The notes beneath the pieces were generated by a model. The model worked only from the letters and a program-made list of their open reading frames with translations, was not told the DNA's origin and did no database searches. A stretch of DNA of 64,000 nucleotides from Bdellovibrionota bacterium (lineage in GTDB: Bacteria; Bdellovibrionota; UBA1018; UBA923). The stretch covers positions 9,436 to 73,435 of the forward strand of contig JBFMCE010000002.1 of NCBI GenBank assembly GCA_040754655.1, read 5' to 3'. The stretch's first letter is position 1; each line of letters begins with the position of its first letter. This document shows, piece after piece, positions 29,465-39,099 of this stretch. Position numbers and translations under genes: made by a program.

Positions 29465-29590
29465 AGAGGCTTAGGCGGCTACCATGAGTTGACAATTACA
29501 GTCAACTAAAAAGAACTGTTTGTGGGACTCAGGGTTCACGCCGACCCAGAAACCCACCACGCCCCAAAAAGCATCGATGCAAGCCTTCCT

Positions 29591-29962
29591 TCAGTATTTT
29601 ACTACTGGTTTGAAACCACCCCAAAACATCCTCATCCCATCGAAGGGCATGGCGTCAGGATCCATCTGATCCGCCAGTCGAGGATCTGACATGACTTTCT
29701 TCAACACCTTGTCTCGATGGGCTCTCGACTTGTACGTAATCCATGAAAAGAAAACCACTTCCCCCTTCTTGAGCTTCACGCTCTGAGGAAAGGACGTGAC
29801 TTTGCCGCTCTTCACGTCGTCGGCAATGCACTCGACATAATCAATGGCTCCATGGTCGAGCCAGACTTTTGCTGCGAGTGTCGCCATTTTCTTGTATGCC
29901 GCGATATTCTTCCTCGGAATGGGCAATACGAATCCATCTACATAGTTATAAGACTTTGCCAT
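29591..29962 (-). CDS. DUF1428 (YbaA-like) protein
   Basis: YVDGFV, GK.TSFP..VK, VFFSWI, MPFDG.RM.WGGF. Confidence 0.92.
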   Translation of the reverse strand: MAKSYNYVDGFVLPIPRKNIAAYKKMATLAAKVWLDHGAIDYVECIADDVKSGKVTSFPQSVKLKKGEVVFFSWITYKSRAHRDKVLKKVMSDPRLADQMDPDAMPFDGMRMFWGGFKPVVKY

Positions 29963-29984
29963 TTTTGTTCCTCCTCAATTGATT

Positions 29985-30518
29985 TCAATTAGACTTTTCA
30001 ACTAACGCCTTTAGATTTGAAAGACCCTTTTCAAACATCCCGCCGACCATTTTGTCCCTATTCATGAAAAGACACATCAGATTTCCCATGAAATTGTTCT
30101 TACCCTGTACTCGCCAGGTCACTTCGCTTTGGTTGCCCGATGACTTCACCAGATATTCAGAATCCTGGGTCATGTTCATGGGTTTCACGTACTCAAGCTT
30201 GATGCCGACCTTCTGATTGGGCACGCTATCCACGATAGTCGCACTTCCCGTTCCGAGCCTTCCGCCGCTTTCCCAACTCGTGCGAGACCCTACTCCCGCG
30301 TCCGGGCCCGAGTAGACCATCTTCGCTTGAGGATCAACCTCAAGCCACGGCCCCCATTGCTCGGCTAATCTCGAATTGTTCAAATAGGGAAAAATTTTTT
30401 CCGCAGGCGCATTGATCGTGATCTTTCTTGAGATCACATAATCCGCGGGTTGAAGCGCTGCGTACCCTAGAAGCATTACAACGATCGCCAAAATAACTAG
30501 GCTGATTTTCTTAGCCAT
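29985..30518 (-). CDS. SRPBCC/polyketide cyclase family protein
   Basis: R.I.INAP.EKIF, W.PW, GVG, FEKGL.NLK. Confidence 0.88.
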   Translation of the reverse strand: MAKKISLVILAIVVMLLGYAALQPADYVISRKITINAPAEKIFPYLNNSRLAEQWGPWLEVDPQAKMVYSGPDAGVGSRTSWESGGRLGTGSATIVDSVPNQKVGIKLEYVKPMNMTQDSEYLVKSSGNQSEVTWRVQGKNNFMGNLMCLFMNRDKMVGGMFEKGLSNLKALVEKSN

Positions 30519-30527
30519 CTCTTCTCC

Positions 30528-31175
30528 TTATCGAGCTGTTAATTTTAGTTTCCTTCTTTTTTTAAGGTTGCTTGGTTCGAACAAAAACTCGAGATACTGG
30601 CGTAGATGTGTGACGCTCTCAGCGGCGATATCCGCGTCTTGTTTCGCTTTGGCAAGAATGAACGCCCCTTGGATCACCGCCTGAATATGGAGTGCGAGGC
30701 TCTCTGCAGTCCACTTGGAGTCAGGAGCATAACGTTTTTTTGCTAACTGAATATCTTTAGCCACTTCAGCCGCGTGCCCAAAAATGCTCTCTTGGCAGGC
30801 TTTGCGGATGGAAGGATTGGTGTCAAAGACCTCTTGAACCATCGTCCCCACAAGACAAGTGAATTCAGGAAGTTTTCCCCGAAGGATCTCTTTGCGGAAA
30901 TCGACATATCCAAAAACGCGCTCCAATGGATCGGAGAGGCGCCGATACGGAGCATTTTCAAAAAACTCATTGGTCACTGATGACCAATGGCGTGCGGCCG
31001 AAACCGCTAAGTCTTCTTTGCTCTTGAAGTGATGGAAAAAAGCGCCCTTAGTCACTCCTGCCGACGCGCAAAGCTCATCGAGCGTAGTCGCTGCATAACC
31101 CTTGCTGCGAATGACAGACAACGCGGCGTCGAGGATTTTGTGTTTCACAGGGGTCTTGGCTGCGCTCTTTTTCAT
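30528..31175 (-). CDS. TetR/AcrR family regulator
   Basis: ILDAA...KGY..TT...AGVTKGAFFHHFKSKEDL; start moved to 31175, downstream of the promoter. Confidence 0.92.
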   Translation of the reverse strand: MKKSAAKTPVKHKILDAALSVIRSKGYAATTLDELCASAGVTKGAFFHHFKSKEDLAVSAARHWSSVTNEFFENAPYRRLSDPLERVFGYVDFRKEILRGKLPEFTCLVGTMVQEVFDTNPSIRKACQESIFGHAAEVAKDIQLAKKRYAPDSKWTAESLALHIQAVIQGAFILAKAKQDADIAAESVTHLRQYLEFLFEPSNLKKRRKLKLTAR

Positions 31176-31195
31176 AGGTTTGTGTTCTTGATCTA

Positions 31196-31224
31196 ACCAT
31201 ACCAACCAGTTGGTATGGTGTCAA
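31196..31224 (-). promoter_or_regulatory. sigma70 promoter overlapped by a probable TetR operator
   Basis: Minus TTGACA-N17-TATGGT; perfect 11-2-11 palindrome ACCATACCAAC-CA-GTTGGTATGGT at 31196-31219. Confidence 0.8.
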
Positions 31225-31257
31225 TGACTATCACGCCTTGAATTAAAGCCCACCTTC

Positions 31258-31938
31258 TCAAAGGCTCAGATGAATCCCAAAAACTGGGCGAATGCTTTGG
31301 GTACCGAATTGAACGGCCTGCGGCAGCTTCCCGGAACTGGTGCGATCAAAATAAAGAAAACGATATTCTATTCTCAAAGACATCGCCATGCTCTCTGAAA
31401 GATCAATCCACATCCCCGGATGAAAAAGCCATGCTCTTAATGGGTGAACCCAGAGAAGCCCTTTACTCCCCGCGATCTCGTCTGAACGCGAGTCGCTTCG
31501 AATTCCAAAAGCAATATAAGAAAGATCAAGAAACAGCGCCTTCCATTTCACTCTCCCCGTGGGGCCCAAAAAGTATTGATGATACCGCGTCGAACTGCAG
31601 GCCGAGGGCGAAATGCTAGAGCTCACATATCCACATTCACGATGCTTTCCGTACTCATAAGACGAAAATATTCCAGCTGCAAAAACCGGGGCAATTTCTC
31701 GCGCGACTGCGATGCGCGGCGCTACCGCCCATTGGTCAAAGAGAGGCCCTTGGCTCTCGCCAGAGGCATCACGAACCTGTTCCTTTTGGTTAAAGAATCC
31801 CAACGCTACCTCACCCCTCCATAACGCTGGTGCCGGCTCTGAAAGTTGAAGTGCCTCCTTCGAATTAACAACGTCGGCAAAACTGAAACCAGCGTGCAAA
31901 AACAAGAAGGACAAAAGACAGGGAAGAATGTTTTTCAC
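31258..31938 (-). CDS. Putative small outer-membrane beta-barrel protein
   Basis: Signal peptide (GTG 31938; ORF open to 31974), amphipathic strands. Confidence 0.55.
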   Translation of the reverse strand: MKNILPCLLSFLFLHAGFSFADVVNSKEALQLSEPAPALWRGEVALGFFNQKEQVRDASGESQGPLFDQWAVAPRIAVAREIAPVFAAGIFSSYEYGKHRECGYVSSSISPSACSSTRYHQYFLGPTGRVKWKALFLDLSYIAFGIRSDSRSDEIAGSKGLLWVHPLRAWLFHPGMWIDLSESMAMSLRIEYRFLYFDRTSSGKLPQAVQFGTQSIRPVFGIHLSL

Positions 31939-32066
31939 GGGACATATCGTTTTCTCTTCTGAAAGAGTAGTCAAGGAGGATACTTATTTCGCTCCGAGTC
32001 ATACTATAGTGATCTATTTGCGTTCTTGACTAGTTTGCTACTTAAGGTCAATGTGCTCTCAAAGTT

Positions 32067-33338
32067 ATGCCCGAACCGATAAAAGCCCGAAACAAGCTGC
32101 CCGCCGAGGCTGTGAAGCGGCGGAACGTCGAGCTCGCTCTAAGCAATGCGGAACAGATTTTTCGATTGCTTGTAGACGCAGTGTCGGACTACGCCATCTT
32201 TGCGCTCGATCCCAATGGATACGTGCTCACCTGGAATAGGGGCGCGGAAAGATTTAAAGGTTACAAGGCTAACGAAATCGTCGGCCAGCATTTCTCGCGC
32301 TTTTACATGAGGAGCGACATTGAAAATGGCAAGCCTGACATGGAACTCCGGGTCGCTGCCGATGAGGGACGCTACGAAGAAGAAGGGTGGCGCGTTCGAA
32401 AGGACGGAAGCCTCTTTTGGGCCAACGTCGTCATCACGGCCCTGCGCGACCAGAGCGGAGTGCTCCGCGGCTTCGCGAAAGTGACGCGCGACCTTACCGA
32501 GCGAAAGCGCGCCGAAGAGAACCTGCAACAACTCAATGAGAACCTTGAAAAGAAAGTCCGGGAAAGGACGGAAGATTTGATCAAGGCCGCGGAACGCCTT
32601 GAAACAGCCGTGAAGTCTAGAGACGAATTCCTCTCGATCGCCTCTCATGAGCTCAAGACACCTTTGACCTCGCTTAAACTGCAAGTACAGATGCGAAAGC
32701 GCGCCATCGAAAAACAAGGCGCCCAGGCTCCCTTCACTTTGGAAAGACTCAGACAAATGGTCGAAGACGATGAGAAGCAGATCAATCGGCTCAATCAGCT
32801 CGTAGACGACATGCTCGACATCACGCGCATCACAGCCGGCAAACTCACGCTGCAGACGGAGCTCGTAGACCTGTGCGCGCTCATTCAAGAAGTGACTGAT
32901 CGCTTTGCCCCTCAGCTTGAAGCTGCGGGTTGCCAGGTTTTTTTCGATGCCGATTGCAAAGTCGAAGGCCAGTGGGACTTGTACAGAATCGAACAAGTCT
33001 TCATCAATTTGCTGACGAATGCCATGAAGTACGGCGCGGGAAAACCGATTCAAATAAAGGTGAGCGCGGCTGACGGCATCGCGAAACTTGCCGTTCGAGA
33101 CTATGGCGTGGGGATCGCCGCAGAAGACCACGAGAGAATCTTCCTGCAATTTGAACGCGCGATATCAGCCAGCGAGGTCAGCGGCCTTGGCCTTGGGCTC
33201 TACATCGTCCGTCAAATCGTAGAAGCGCATGGCGGAAGGATACTGCTCGAAAGCAAGCTTGGCGAAGGCTCGCTTTTCAAGGTTGAACTTCCGATCGCAA
33301 ATGAACCCGCGCGGCGGCAAAGTCATCAGAGCCGCTGA
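32067..33338 (+). CDS. PAS-domain sensor histidine kinase
   Basis: PAS/PAC (WN.GAER, RKDGS.FWA), SHELKTPL H-box, N/G1/G2 boxes. Confidence 0.95.
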   Translation: MPEPIKARNKLPAEAVKRRNVELALSNAEQIFRLLVDAVSDYAIFALDPNGYVLTWNRGAERFKGYKANEIVGQHFSRFYMRSDIENGKPDMELRVAADEGRYEEEGWRVRKDGSLFWANVVITALRDQSGVLRGFAKVTRDLTERKRAEENLQQLNENLEKKVRERTEDLIKAAERLETAVKSRDEFLSIASHELKTPLTSLKLQVQMRKRAIEKQGAQAPFTLERLRQMVEDDEKQINRLNQLVDDMLDITRITAGKLTLQTELVDLCALIQEVTDRFAPQLEAAGCQVFFDADCKVEGQWDLYRIEQVFINLLTNAMKYGAGKPIQIKVSAADGIAKLAVRDYGVGIAAEDHERIFLQFERAISASEVSGLGLGLYIVRQIVEAHGGRILLESKLGEGSLFKVELPIANEPARRQSHQSR

Positions 33339-33347
33339 AAAAGCCGC

Positions 33348-35069
33348 TCATCCTGAATTCTGGCTTGAGGCCTGGCAAAAGAGTGACGCTCTTTTCTTTT
33401 GCATTCGAATCAACAAGGCGCTCAATCCGTACCCGCAAACCAGCGCCGCGAGATGGTGCAGGCTGAGCCAACTTTGGCGAGCGAAGCATAAAAACAAACC
33501 GTTGAGAGCGAATGGCGTGAGCAACAAGCCGGGGCGTTTCAGCAGAGGCGCGAGCGCGCCCACCACCGCGTACACCGCGTTTGAAGAACCATAATCGATC
33601 TCAGCCAAAAATCGATGGAATTGCGAGGATGAATAATATTTCAGGAAAATGGCATTCAATGCCCACGCGAGAGGATTCGAGAGCCATAAACCGGCGCTGA
33701 CAACGAGCCCGCAGAATATTGGTCCCAAAACCAACTCCAACGCGCCGGCAAAGACCAGGAACGAAACCAGATCCCCTGCGAAATGGTAGTGATTGTTGTG
33801 AAACAACGGGGCCAGAAAGTGACCCAAGGCACTGTAAGATCCGGCCGTGAAGGGATAGAGATCGTAAAGTTCCTGCACCTCGGGAAAAACGTTTCGCGAG
33901 ACATGAAGCGATGAAAAGAGAACGGCAAAAGACAGGGTGAGCCTTTGACGGCGAAAGATCTCTGCAACGCTTTCAGGCCATGACTGCAGCTTCACGCTAG
34001 GGTTGAGATGGGGCCGCATTTTGCGCGCAAGATAGGTGGCTGAGGCGTTCATCAGTCCACCGGGGAAATGAACTCGGGCCAACTCAACGACAGTATCGAC
34101 TCTAAAACCAGGCTTGCTGACTAGAAACAAGGGTTGCCACGACGTGGGCTGAAACTTCGCTTTGAACCTATAGACTGATTTGAAGTTCAGCGGAAAACGG
34201 AGGTGGTGAAACGCAAAAACCATCAGTCCCACAAATACCCTCTCTGCTAGACCATGCTCACCTTGGGCTTTCGCGTCCGCGAAAGGACAGAGCCCCAAGC
34301 GTACTTCAAGGTAACCTTGATTCAAAAGGATTCTCATCGCCTCAACGAATAAGAGCTCTACAGTCCCTGGCCTCGCCGCTTGATCGCGAATATAGTCTGC
34401 GAAAAAGAAACCCGCTTTCGGGAAAATAGGAACCGCAAACAAGAAGGCGGTGACTTTGCCTCGATATTCAACCACGAAGAGTTTCTTATGTTCGCTCAAG
34501 TGCCATGGGTCGATTTGATTCAAGAATCCCAATGGCACCGTTGCACGCGAACCGACCCAATTCTCTAAGAGCTGATTCAACTGCGCCTTGAGCCCTTCGT
34601 CGTACTCGTTGGCAGAGACCTCTTTGACCACCGCTCCCCTTCTCAAAAGAGATCTTGCATGTGGAAATCGATCGAGAGGATCTCGAACCCCTGAAAAATA
34701 CTTCGCCAAATCAAAGAGAGGTTCGCTTCCGATGGGCAGGCGTTGGTATCCCCGCTCAAGGAGCTTCTCCGAGAACCCTTGAGTGACCGGAGTCATGATC
34801 ACGGACTTTCGTTGTTCACGAGCGGCTTGATCAAAGCCTTCGAAGATTGCAGGCCGCTCTTCAAAGCTAGCTAGGGGTTCGGTCGCCGCAACCCAAGCGC
34901 GCTTGGTTTCCATGTAACGAATCTGGCCTGCACAAGAATCTTGAGGACGATAGGTTCTGAAGCCAGGATAACTTGTCATGAATGAACTGGTGCGGTCGCC
35001 GAATTGACGCAAATCAGAAAGAAGGTCTTGGTTCGAATTCAAAGGTTTTGACGAAATTTCGCTATCCAT
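33348..35069 (-). CDS. DUF2156 (aminoacyl-phosphatidylglycerol synthase C-terminal-like) domain fused to a rhomboid-like membrane domain
   Basis: GT.ELL..EA, LGL.P, F.SVYRFKAKF.P..W.P.F; C-terminal FH....H, YGSS, H motifs in TM helices. Confidence 0.75.
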   Translation of the reverse strand: MDSEISSKPLNSNQDLLSDLRQFGDRTSSFMTSYPGFRTYRPQDSCAGQIRYMETKRAWVAATEPLASFEERPAIFEGFDQAAREQRKSVIMTPVTQGFSEKLLERGYQRLPIGSEPLFDLAKYFSGVRDPLDRFPHARSLLRRGAVVKEVSANEYDEGLKAQLNQLLENWVGSRATVPLGFLNQIDPWHLSEHKKLFVVEYRGKVTAFLFAVPIFPKAGFFFADYIRDQAARPGTVELLFVEAMRILLNQGYLEVRLGLCPFADAKAQGEHGLAERVFVGLMVFAFHHLRFPLNFKSVYRFKAKFQPTSWQPLFLVSKPGFRVDTVVELARVHFPGGLMNASATYLARKMRPHLNPSVKLQSWPESVAEIFRRQRLTLSFAVLFSSLHVSRNVFPEVQELYDLYPFTAGSYSALGHFLAPLFHNNHYHFAGDLVSFLVFAGALELVLGPIFCGLVVSAGLWLSNPLAWALNAIFLKYYSSSQFHRFLAEIDYGSSNAVYAVVGALAPLLKRPGLLLTPFALNGLFLCFARQSWLSLHHLAALVCGYGLSALLIRMQKKRASLFCQASSQNSG

Positions 35070-35247
35070 GGCGCTTTAGGCACTCTTGCATCCGTGGTCC
35101 CGACCTCTATCTTAACGCGGCCAAGCCAACGCTGCCTAAAACTTGGCGTTAAGGCTAAAGATTTTGCCGATCTCTTCATCCGCCCGAACTGAGAAAACCT
35201 CTAGGCTCGACAAGAAGCGACGCTTCAAGCATTGTTGGCCAACATCG

Positions 35248-35997
35248 ATGGAATACAAGGACCTCTTTAGCAAACAAGCTCTCGACTATTCTCGTTTCCG
35301 GCCGAAGTACCCTTCCGAGCTCTTCGATTATCTCGCGGGATTATGCGCGCAAAGAGAGTCTGCATGGGATTGCGGCACCGGCAACGGACAGGCTGCGGTT
35401 GAGCTGGCGAGAAGGTTCCACAAGGTGTTCGCAACGGACCCAAGCGCCAAACAAATTTCAAATGCGACGCCTTTAAAGAACATCGAATACAGGAAAACGA
35501 CGGCCGAAGACTCTAAACTCGCTGATCATAGCAGTGATCTCATTACCGCTGCTCAGGCGTTTCACTGGTTTGGCCACGAGAGGTTTTACGCTGAAGTACG
35601 CCGAGTAACGCGCGGCCAAGGGGTGCTCGCTCTCTGGTGTTACGGGCTGCACAAGATCTGTTCCCAAGTGGATCAGACGATTTTAAAACTGTATCAAGAC
35701 ATCCTGGGGAACTACTGGGAAAAAGAAAGAAGAATGGTGGAAGACGGCTACCGAAGCATCGCCGTGCCTTTTGAAGAGATTACGCCGCCGCGCTTTCTCA
35801 TGAGAGCGACCTGGTCGATTGAAGATTTACTGGGATATCTCGGCACTTGGTCTGCCCTGCAAAGTTATGTTTCGCGAAACGGACAGGATCCGCGTGACGA
35901 AATCGCTGAGGATCTCAAAAGAGCGTGGGGAGAAACCGCGACACGTGAAATCCGATGGGACATCAACCTTCGAGTCTTTCGCGTGAACCCTCAATAA
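35248..35997 (+). CDS. Class I SAM-dependent methyltransferase
   Basis: Y..FRPKYP, WDCGTGNGQAA, AQAFHWF; start moved to ATG 35248. Confidence 0.9.
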   Translation: MEYKDLFSKQALDYSRFRPKYPSELFDYLAGLCAQRESAWDCGTGNGQAAVELARRFHKVFATDPSAKQISNATPLKNIEYRKTTAEDSKLADHSSDLITAAQAFHWFGHERFYAEVRRVTRGQGVLALWCYGLHKICSQVDQTILKLYQDILGNYWEKERRMVEDGYRSIAVPFEEITPPRFLMRATWSIEDLLGYLGTWSALQSYVSRNGQDPRDEIAEDLKRAWGETATREIRWDINLRVFRVNPQ

Positions 35998-38420
35998 AAA
36001 GGCAGTGACACAGTGAAAACCGACCCCTTGCCGAGTTCACTTTCCACTGCAATTGTTCCTCCGTGCAATTCGACAATCTGTTTGCTGATGTAGAGCCCGA
36101 GACCGAGGCCGCTGATGCGGCCTGTTGAGAGCGCACGTTCATAGCGCTTGAAGATGCGCTCGAGGTCTTCATTCGCGATGCCCAGACCGTGGTCTTTGAC
36201 CGAAATCCGGGCGTTGGTTTCGTCTAAACTGACTTGCACTTCAATAGGAGTGCCCGCCCCATACTTGATGGCGTTTGAAATCAGATTCGCCACTACTTGT
36301 TCGATCCGAGCCCTGTCCCATCGCCCTTGAACCGCCCCATCAAACAAGACCCGGCACTGGCATCCGGCAAACCGCAAGGGTTCCGAAAAACGTTCGACAA
36401 CTTCTTGAACCACTTCAACCAGGTCAATATATTCACGTTCGATCGGCAATTTGCCATGCTCAAGCCTCGAGATATCAAGCATGTCTTCAACGAGCCGAGT
36501 GATTCGATCCACCTGTTTATCGACCGAAGAAATGAAACGCTCTAAGTGCGTGACGTCAGTGGCCAGCGGCTCCCTTCGTTTCAGTCGACGCATCTGCACT
36601 TCAGCCTGCAGTTTCATCGAGGTGATCGGGGTTTTCAGCTCATGGCTTGCAATGGAAAGGAATTCATCTCTTGCGCGCACTGCCTCGCGCAGATCTTCTT
36701 CCAGCTTCTTCCTCTGGCTCATGTCCCGGTTGATGATTGAAAAGCCCTTGAGAGCTCCTGATTCCTCATAAAGCGCGGTCAAAACCATGCTCGCCCAAAA
36801 ACGATTTCCGAACTTGCAAACCCGCCAGCCTTCTTCTTCGTACTTGCCCTGCCTTGCCGCGATTTCAAGGTGTTGATCTGGCCTACCTTCTCCGCGCGCC
36901 TCTTTCGGATAAAAAACAGAAAAATGCTGCCCAATAATCTCTTCAGCCTTGTAAGCCTTCAACCGTTCAGCGCCTTCATTCCAAGTTGCGACGTAACCAT
37001 TGCGATCAAGAAGGAAAATAGCGTAATCCTTCACCCCTTGAATCAGCGACCGAAACCTCTCTTCGCTTTCGTGCACAGCCCGCTCGGCGAGTACACGATC
37101 GGTCACGTCGTCATGGATCAAGACGACTTCGATCACTTCTCCCTTATGGTTCTTGACCGGATAAGCGAGCGCCTCGATCCAGCGCGACCTTCCGGGATTG
37201 CCGTTTTCGCTCGGGTCATAAAGCGACGCCGGAATTTTCACGAATTCCCCTTGAAAAGCCCGTTTCAGGTAAGACGCCACGCCTTTTGCTTTAAGTTGCG
37301 GGTCTTCAAGGATGTTGTATTCACGAAAAATGTAATCAGCGATGAAGCTTTCCGGTAAACAGAAGAGCTTCTTCCAGCCTGCGTTCACGCCTCGAGTGAA
37401 ACCCTCGGGGCTCAGCAACTGTATGCTGAGCGGAGCTTGCTCAAACAATGCTCTGAAACGGTTCTCGGAAGACCGCACGCGTTCTTCCGCGTTTTTCCGT
37501 TCCATAAACAAACCAATTTGCCCGCCAAGAGTCAAAAGGGTCTTCAAAAGCGATTCGTTTCGATCAAAATGGCGCTGGCTGAAGAAATCAATCACACCAG
37601 TGATCTTTCCTGACGCCGTGATCGGAAACCCAACCCCTCCATGCAATCCTTCTGAGCGAGCGACGCGGCCCCTCGGATAGACGAAGTCTTTACTGATGTC
37701 TTGCACCCACTCGGGTTGTCCTTTTTGCCAAACCAGACCCGGCAGGCCCTCGCCTTTCCTCAGCCGAGCGTTCCGAGTGGCCTCAAGAAACAAGGGGGCG
37801 GATACTTTATTTGAATTCCAAGTATAAAAGGGCCTGAGCGTCTGCAAGTTCGGATCGACAACCCAGAGCGTGCCGATATCCCATTCCAATGTTTTTCCAA
37901 TCGACTCAAGAATGCGAGGGGTCGCTTCTTCAAGCGAAAGCTCTTCAACCAGAGCAGTCATCACCCCGTACTGCACGCCGAGGTTCTGCGTCGCCTCAAG
38001 AAGCAATCTCTCGGCATTCTTGCGTTCAGTGATATCGCGAATGAAAGAGTAAAACAGATGCCCGCTTTCCAACGATATTGGGATGATCGCCAGCTCGATC
38101 TCGATTCGTTTTCCATTGCGATGCAAGGCGGGCACTTCAACTCTTTTATTTAAAAGAGGACCTATGTTTTCTTCGAGAAAACGTTTCATTCCTTGAATGT
38201 GTCGCTGCCGATATTCGGGTGGGATAATGAGATCCTGTAACTTTCTTCCAATGGCCTCAGCTTTCGTCCAACCAAACGTAAGCTCTGCTTCATGATTCCA
38301 GTCAATGATTGTATGGTTCTGATCAATACCCACTACTGCATCTAAGGCGTTCTCAAGAACGACTTTGCGCCAAGGATCCAGGGTAACGGTCGGACGGTGG
38401 CTACGGCTAATGATGGGCAT
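35991..38420 (-). CDS. PAS-GAF-PAS-PAS sensor histidine kinase
   Basis: Multiple PAS domains, GAF (GEGLPGLVW), SHELKTP, HATPase boxes. Confidence 0.93.
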   Translation of the reverse strand: MPIISRSHRPTVTLDPWRKVVLENALDAVVGIDQNHTIIDWNHEAELTFGWTKAEAIGRKLQDLIIPPEYRQRHIQGMKRFLEENIGPLLNKRVEVPALHRNGKRIEIELAIIPISLESGHLFYSFIRDITERKNAERLLLEATQNLGVQYGVMTALVEELSLEEATPRILESIGKTLEWDIGTLWVVDPNLQTLRPFYTWNSNKVSAPLFLEATRNARLRKGEGLPGLVWQKGQPEWVQDISKDFVYPRGRVARSEGLHGGVGFPITASGKITGVIDFFSQRHFDRNESLLKTLLTLGGQIGLFMERKNAEERVRSSENRFRALFEQAPLSIQLLSPEGFTRGVNAGWKKLFCLPESFIADYIFREYNILEDPQLKAKGVASYLKRAFQGEFVKIPASLYDPSENGNPGRSRWIEALAYPVKNHKGEVIEVVLIHDDVTDRVLAERAVHESEERFRSLIQGVKDYAIFLLDRNGYVATWNEGAERLKAYKAEEIIGQHFSVFYPKEARGEGRPDQHLEIAARQGKYEEEGWRVCKFGNRFWASMVLTALYEESGALKGFSIINRDMSQRKKLEEDLREAVRARDEFLSIASHELKTPITSMKLQAEVQMRRLKRREPLATDVTHLERFISSVDKQVDRITRLVEDMLDISRLEHGKLPIEREYIDLVEVVQEVVERFSEPLRFAGCQCRVLFDGAVQGRWDRARIEQVVANLISNAIKYGAGTPIEVQVSLDETNARISVKDHGLGIANEDLERIFKRYERALSTGRISGLGLGLYISKQIVELHGGTIAVESELGKGSVFTVSLPFY

Positions 38421-38465
38421 GCGATTATTGCTTAAAGACTCCCCAAGGCCCTTCTAACCGTGATG

Positions 38466-38963
38466 TTAACGAACTGCAAGGGGTCGCGCTTTTTCTTGCC
38501 ACCGCTTCGGGTCGTGCCAAAGGTCTGCTAGAGCCTCTCGCACCCTTTCTCGAACATTGTCATAAGAATGTTGAGCCACATCTTTATTGAGGCTACCAAC
38601 CACACGACCTAAAAGATTTGGGCTGAAACCCGCTTTGAGTTTACCCATAACCCTCGGCCCAGCAATCAAGAAAAGCTCATCAAAATTCTGCTGGCCTGCT
38701 TGAGAGAGTAGCCACTGCTCAACTTCTCTTACGAATACATCGACCTCATGGTCGCGCGCATCCTGAGGAGAGCTAAAAGCATGGCGTACGTTGCCAAGGC
38801 TGGCGAAAGTTCTACCGGGTCGATCCGTCGTCAGGTCGCGTTCTCGCATCCGAGCAGCTGAATGCCGAATGATATGCACTTGCCGCGGCCCATCCTCGGG
38901 GCCGGTGCATTCGTAAATTGTCGCTTCACTTTGGTTTGCTACAATCACCCAGACTCTGCTCAT
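38466..38963 (-). CDS. Host attachment protein (baeRF12/aeRF1-like family)
   Basis: WVIVAN...A, DL.TDRPGR, L.LIAGPR.MG.L, KD motifs; start ATG 38963. Confidence 0.85.
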   Translation of the reverse strand: MSRVWVIVANQSEATIYECTGPEDGPRQVHIIRHSAARMRERDLTTDRPGRTFASLGNVRHAFSSPQDARDHEVDVFVREVEQWLLSQAGQQNFDELFLIAGPRVMGKLKAGFSPNLLGRVVGSLNKDVAQHSYDNVRERVREALADLWHDPKRWQEKARPLAVR

Positions 38964-38987
38964 CGTGACCTCACGGGAAGAACGAAA

Positions 38988-39051
38988 TGCAATTCTCTCG
39001 CCACGAACCTCACCCAACATTTTCTCAGACGTTCAAGGCATGACACTTGCA
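38988..39051. promoter_or_regulatory. Divergent pair of sigma54-type promoters
   Basis: Minus TGGCGAGAGAATTGCA (38988-39003); plus AGGCATGACACTTGCA (39036-39051). Confidence 0.65.
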
Positions 39052-39099
39052 TCGATGGCTGCGCACTTGAAGTCAAACCTTTTACAGGAGAGAAATGAG

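Noticed and set aside
31554..31564. attR copy of the tRNA-Glu 3' end (TCCCCGTGGGG)
   Set aside because: An 11-bp match inside an intact CDS with no integrase nearby; compatible with chance.
25505..31974. Prophage or integrative element at tRNA-Glu
   Set aside because: No integrase, phage structural genes or convincing distal att repeat; at most a small accessory islet.
32139..33149. 336-aa antisense ORF
   Set aside because: Shadow of the PAS histidine kinase on the opposite strand, with no recognisable motifs.
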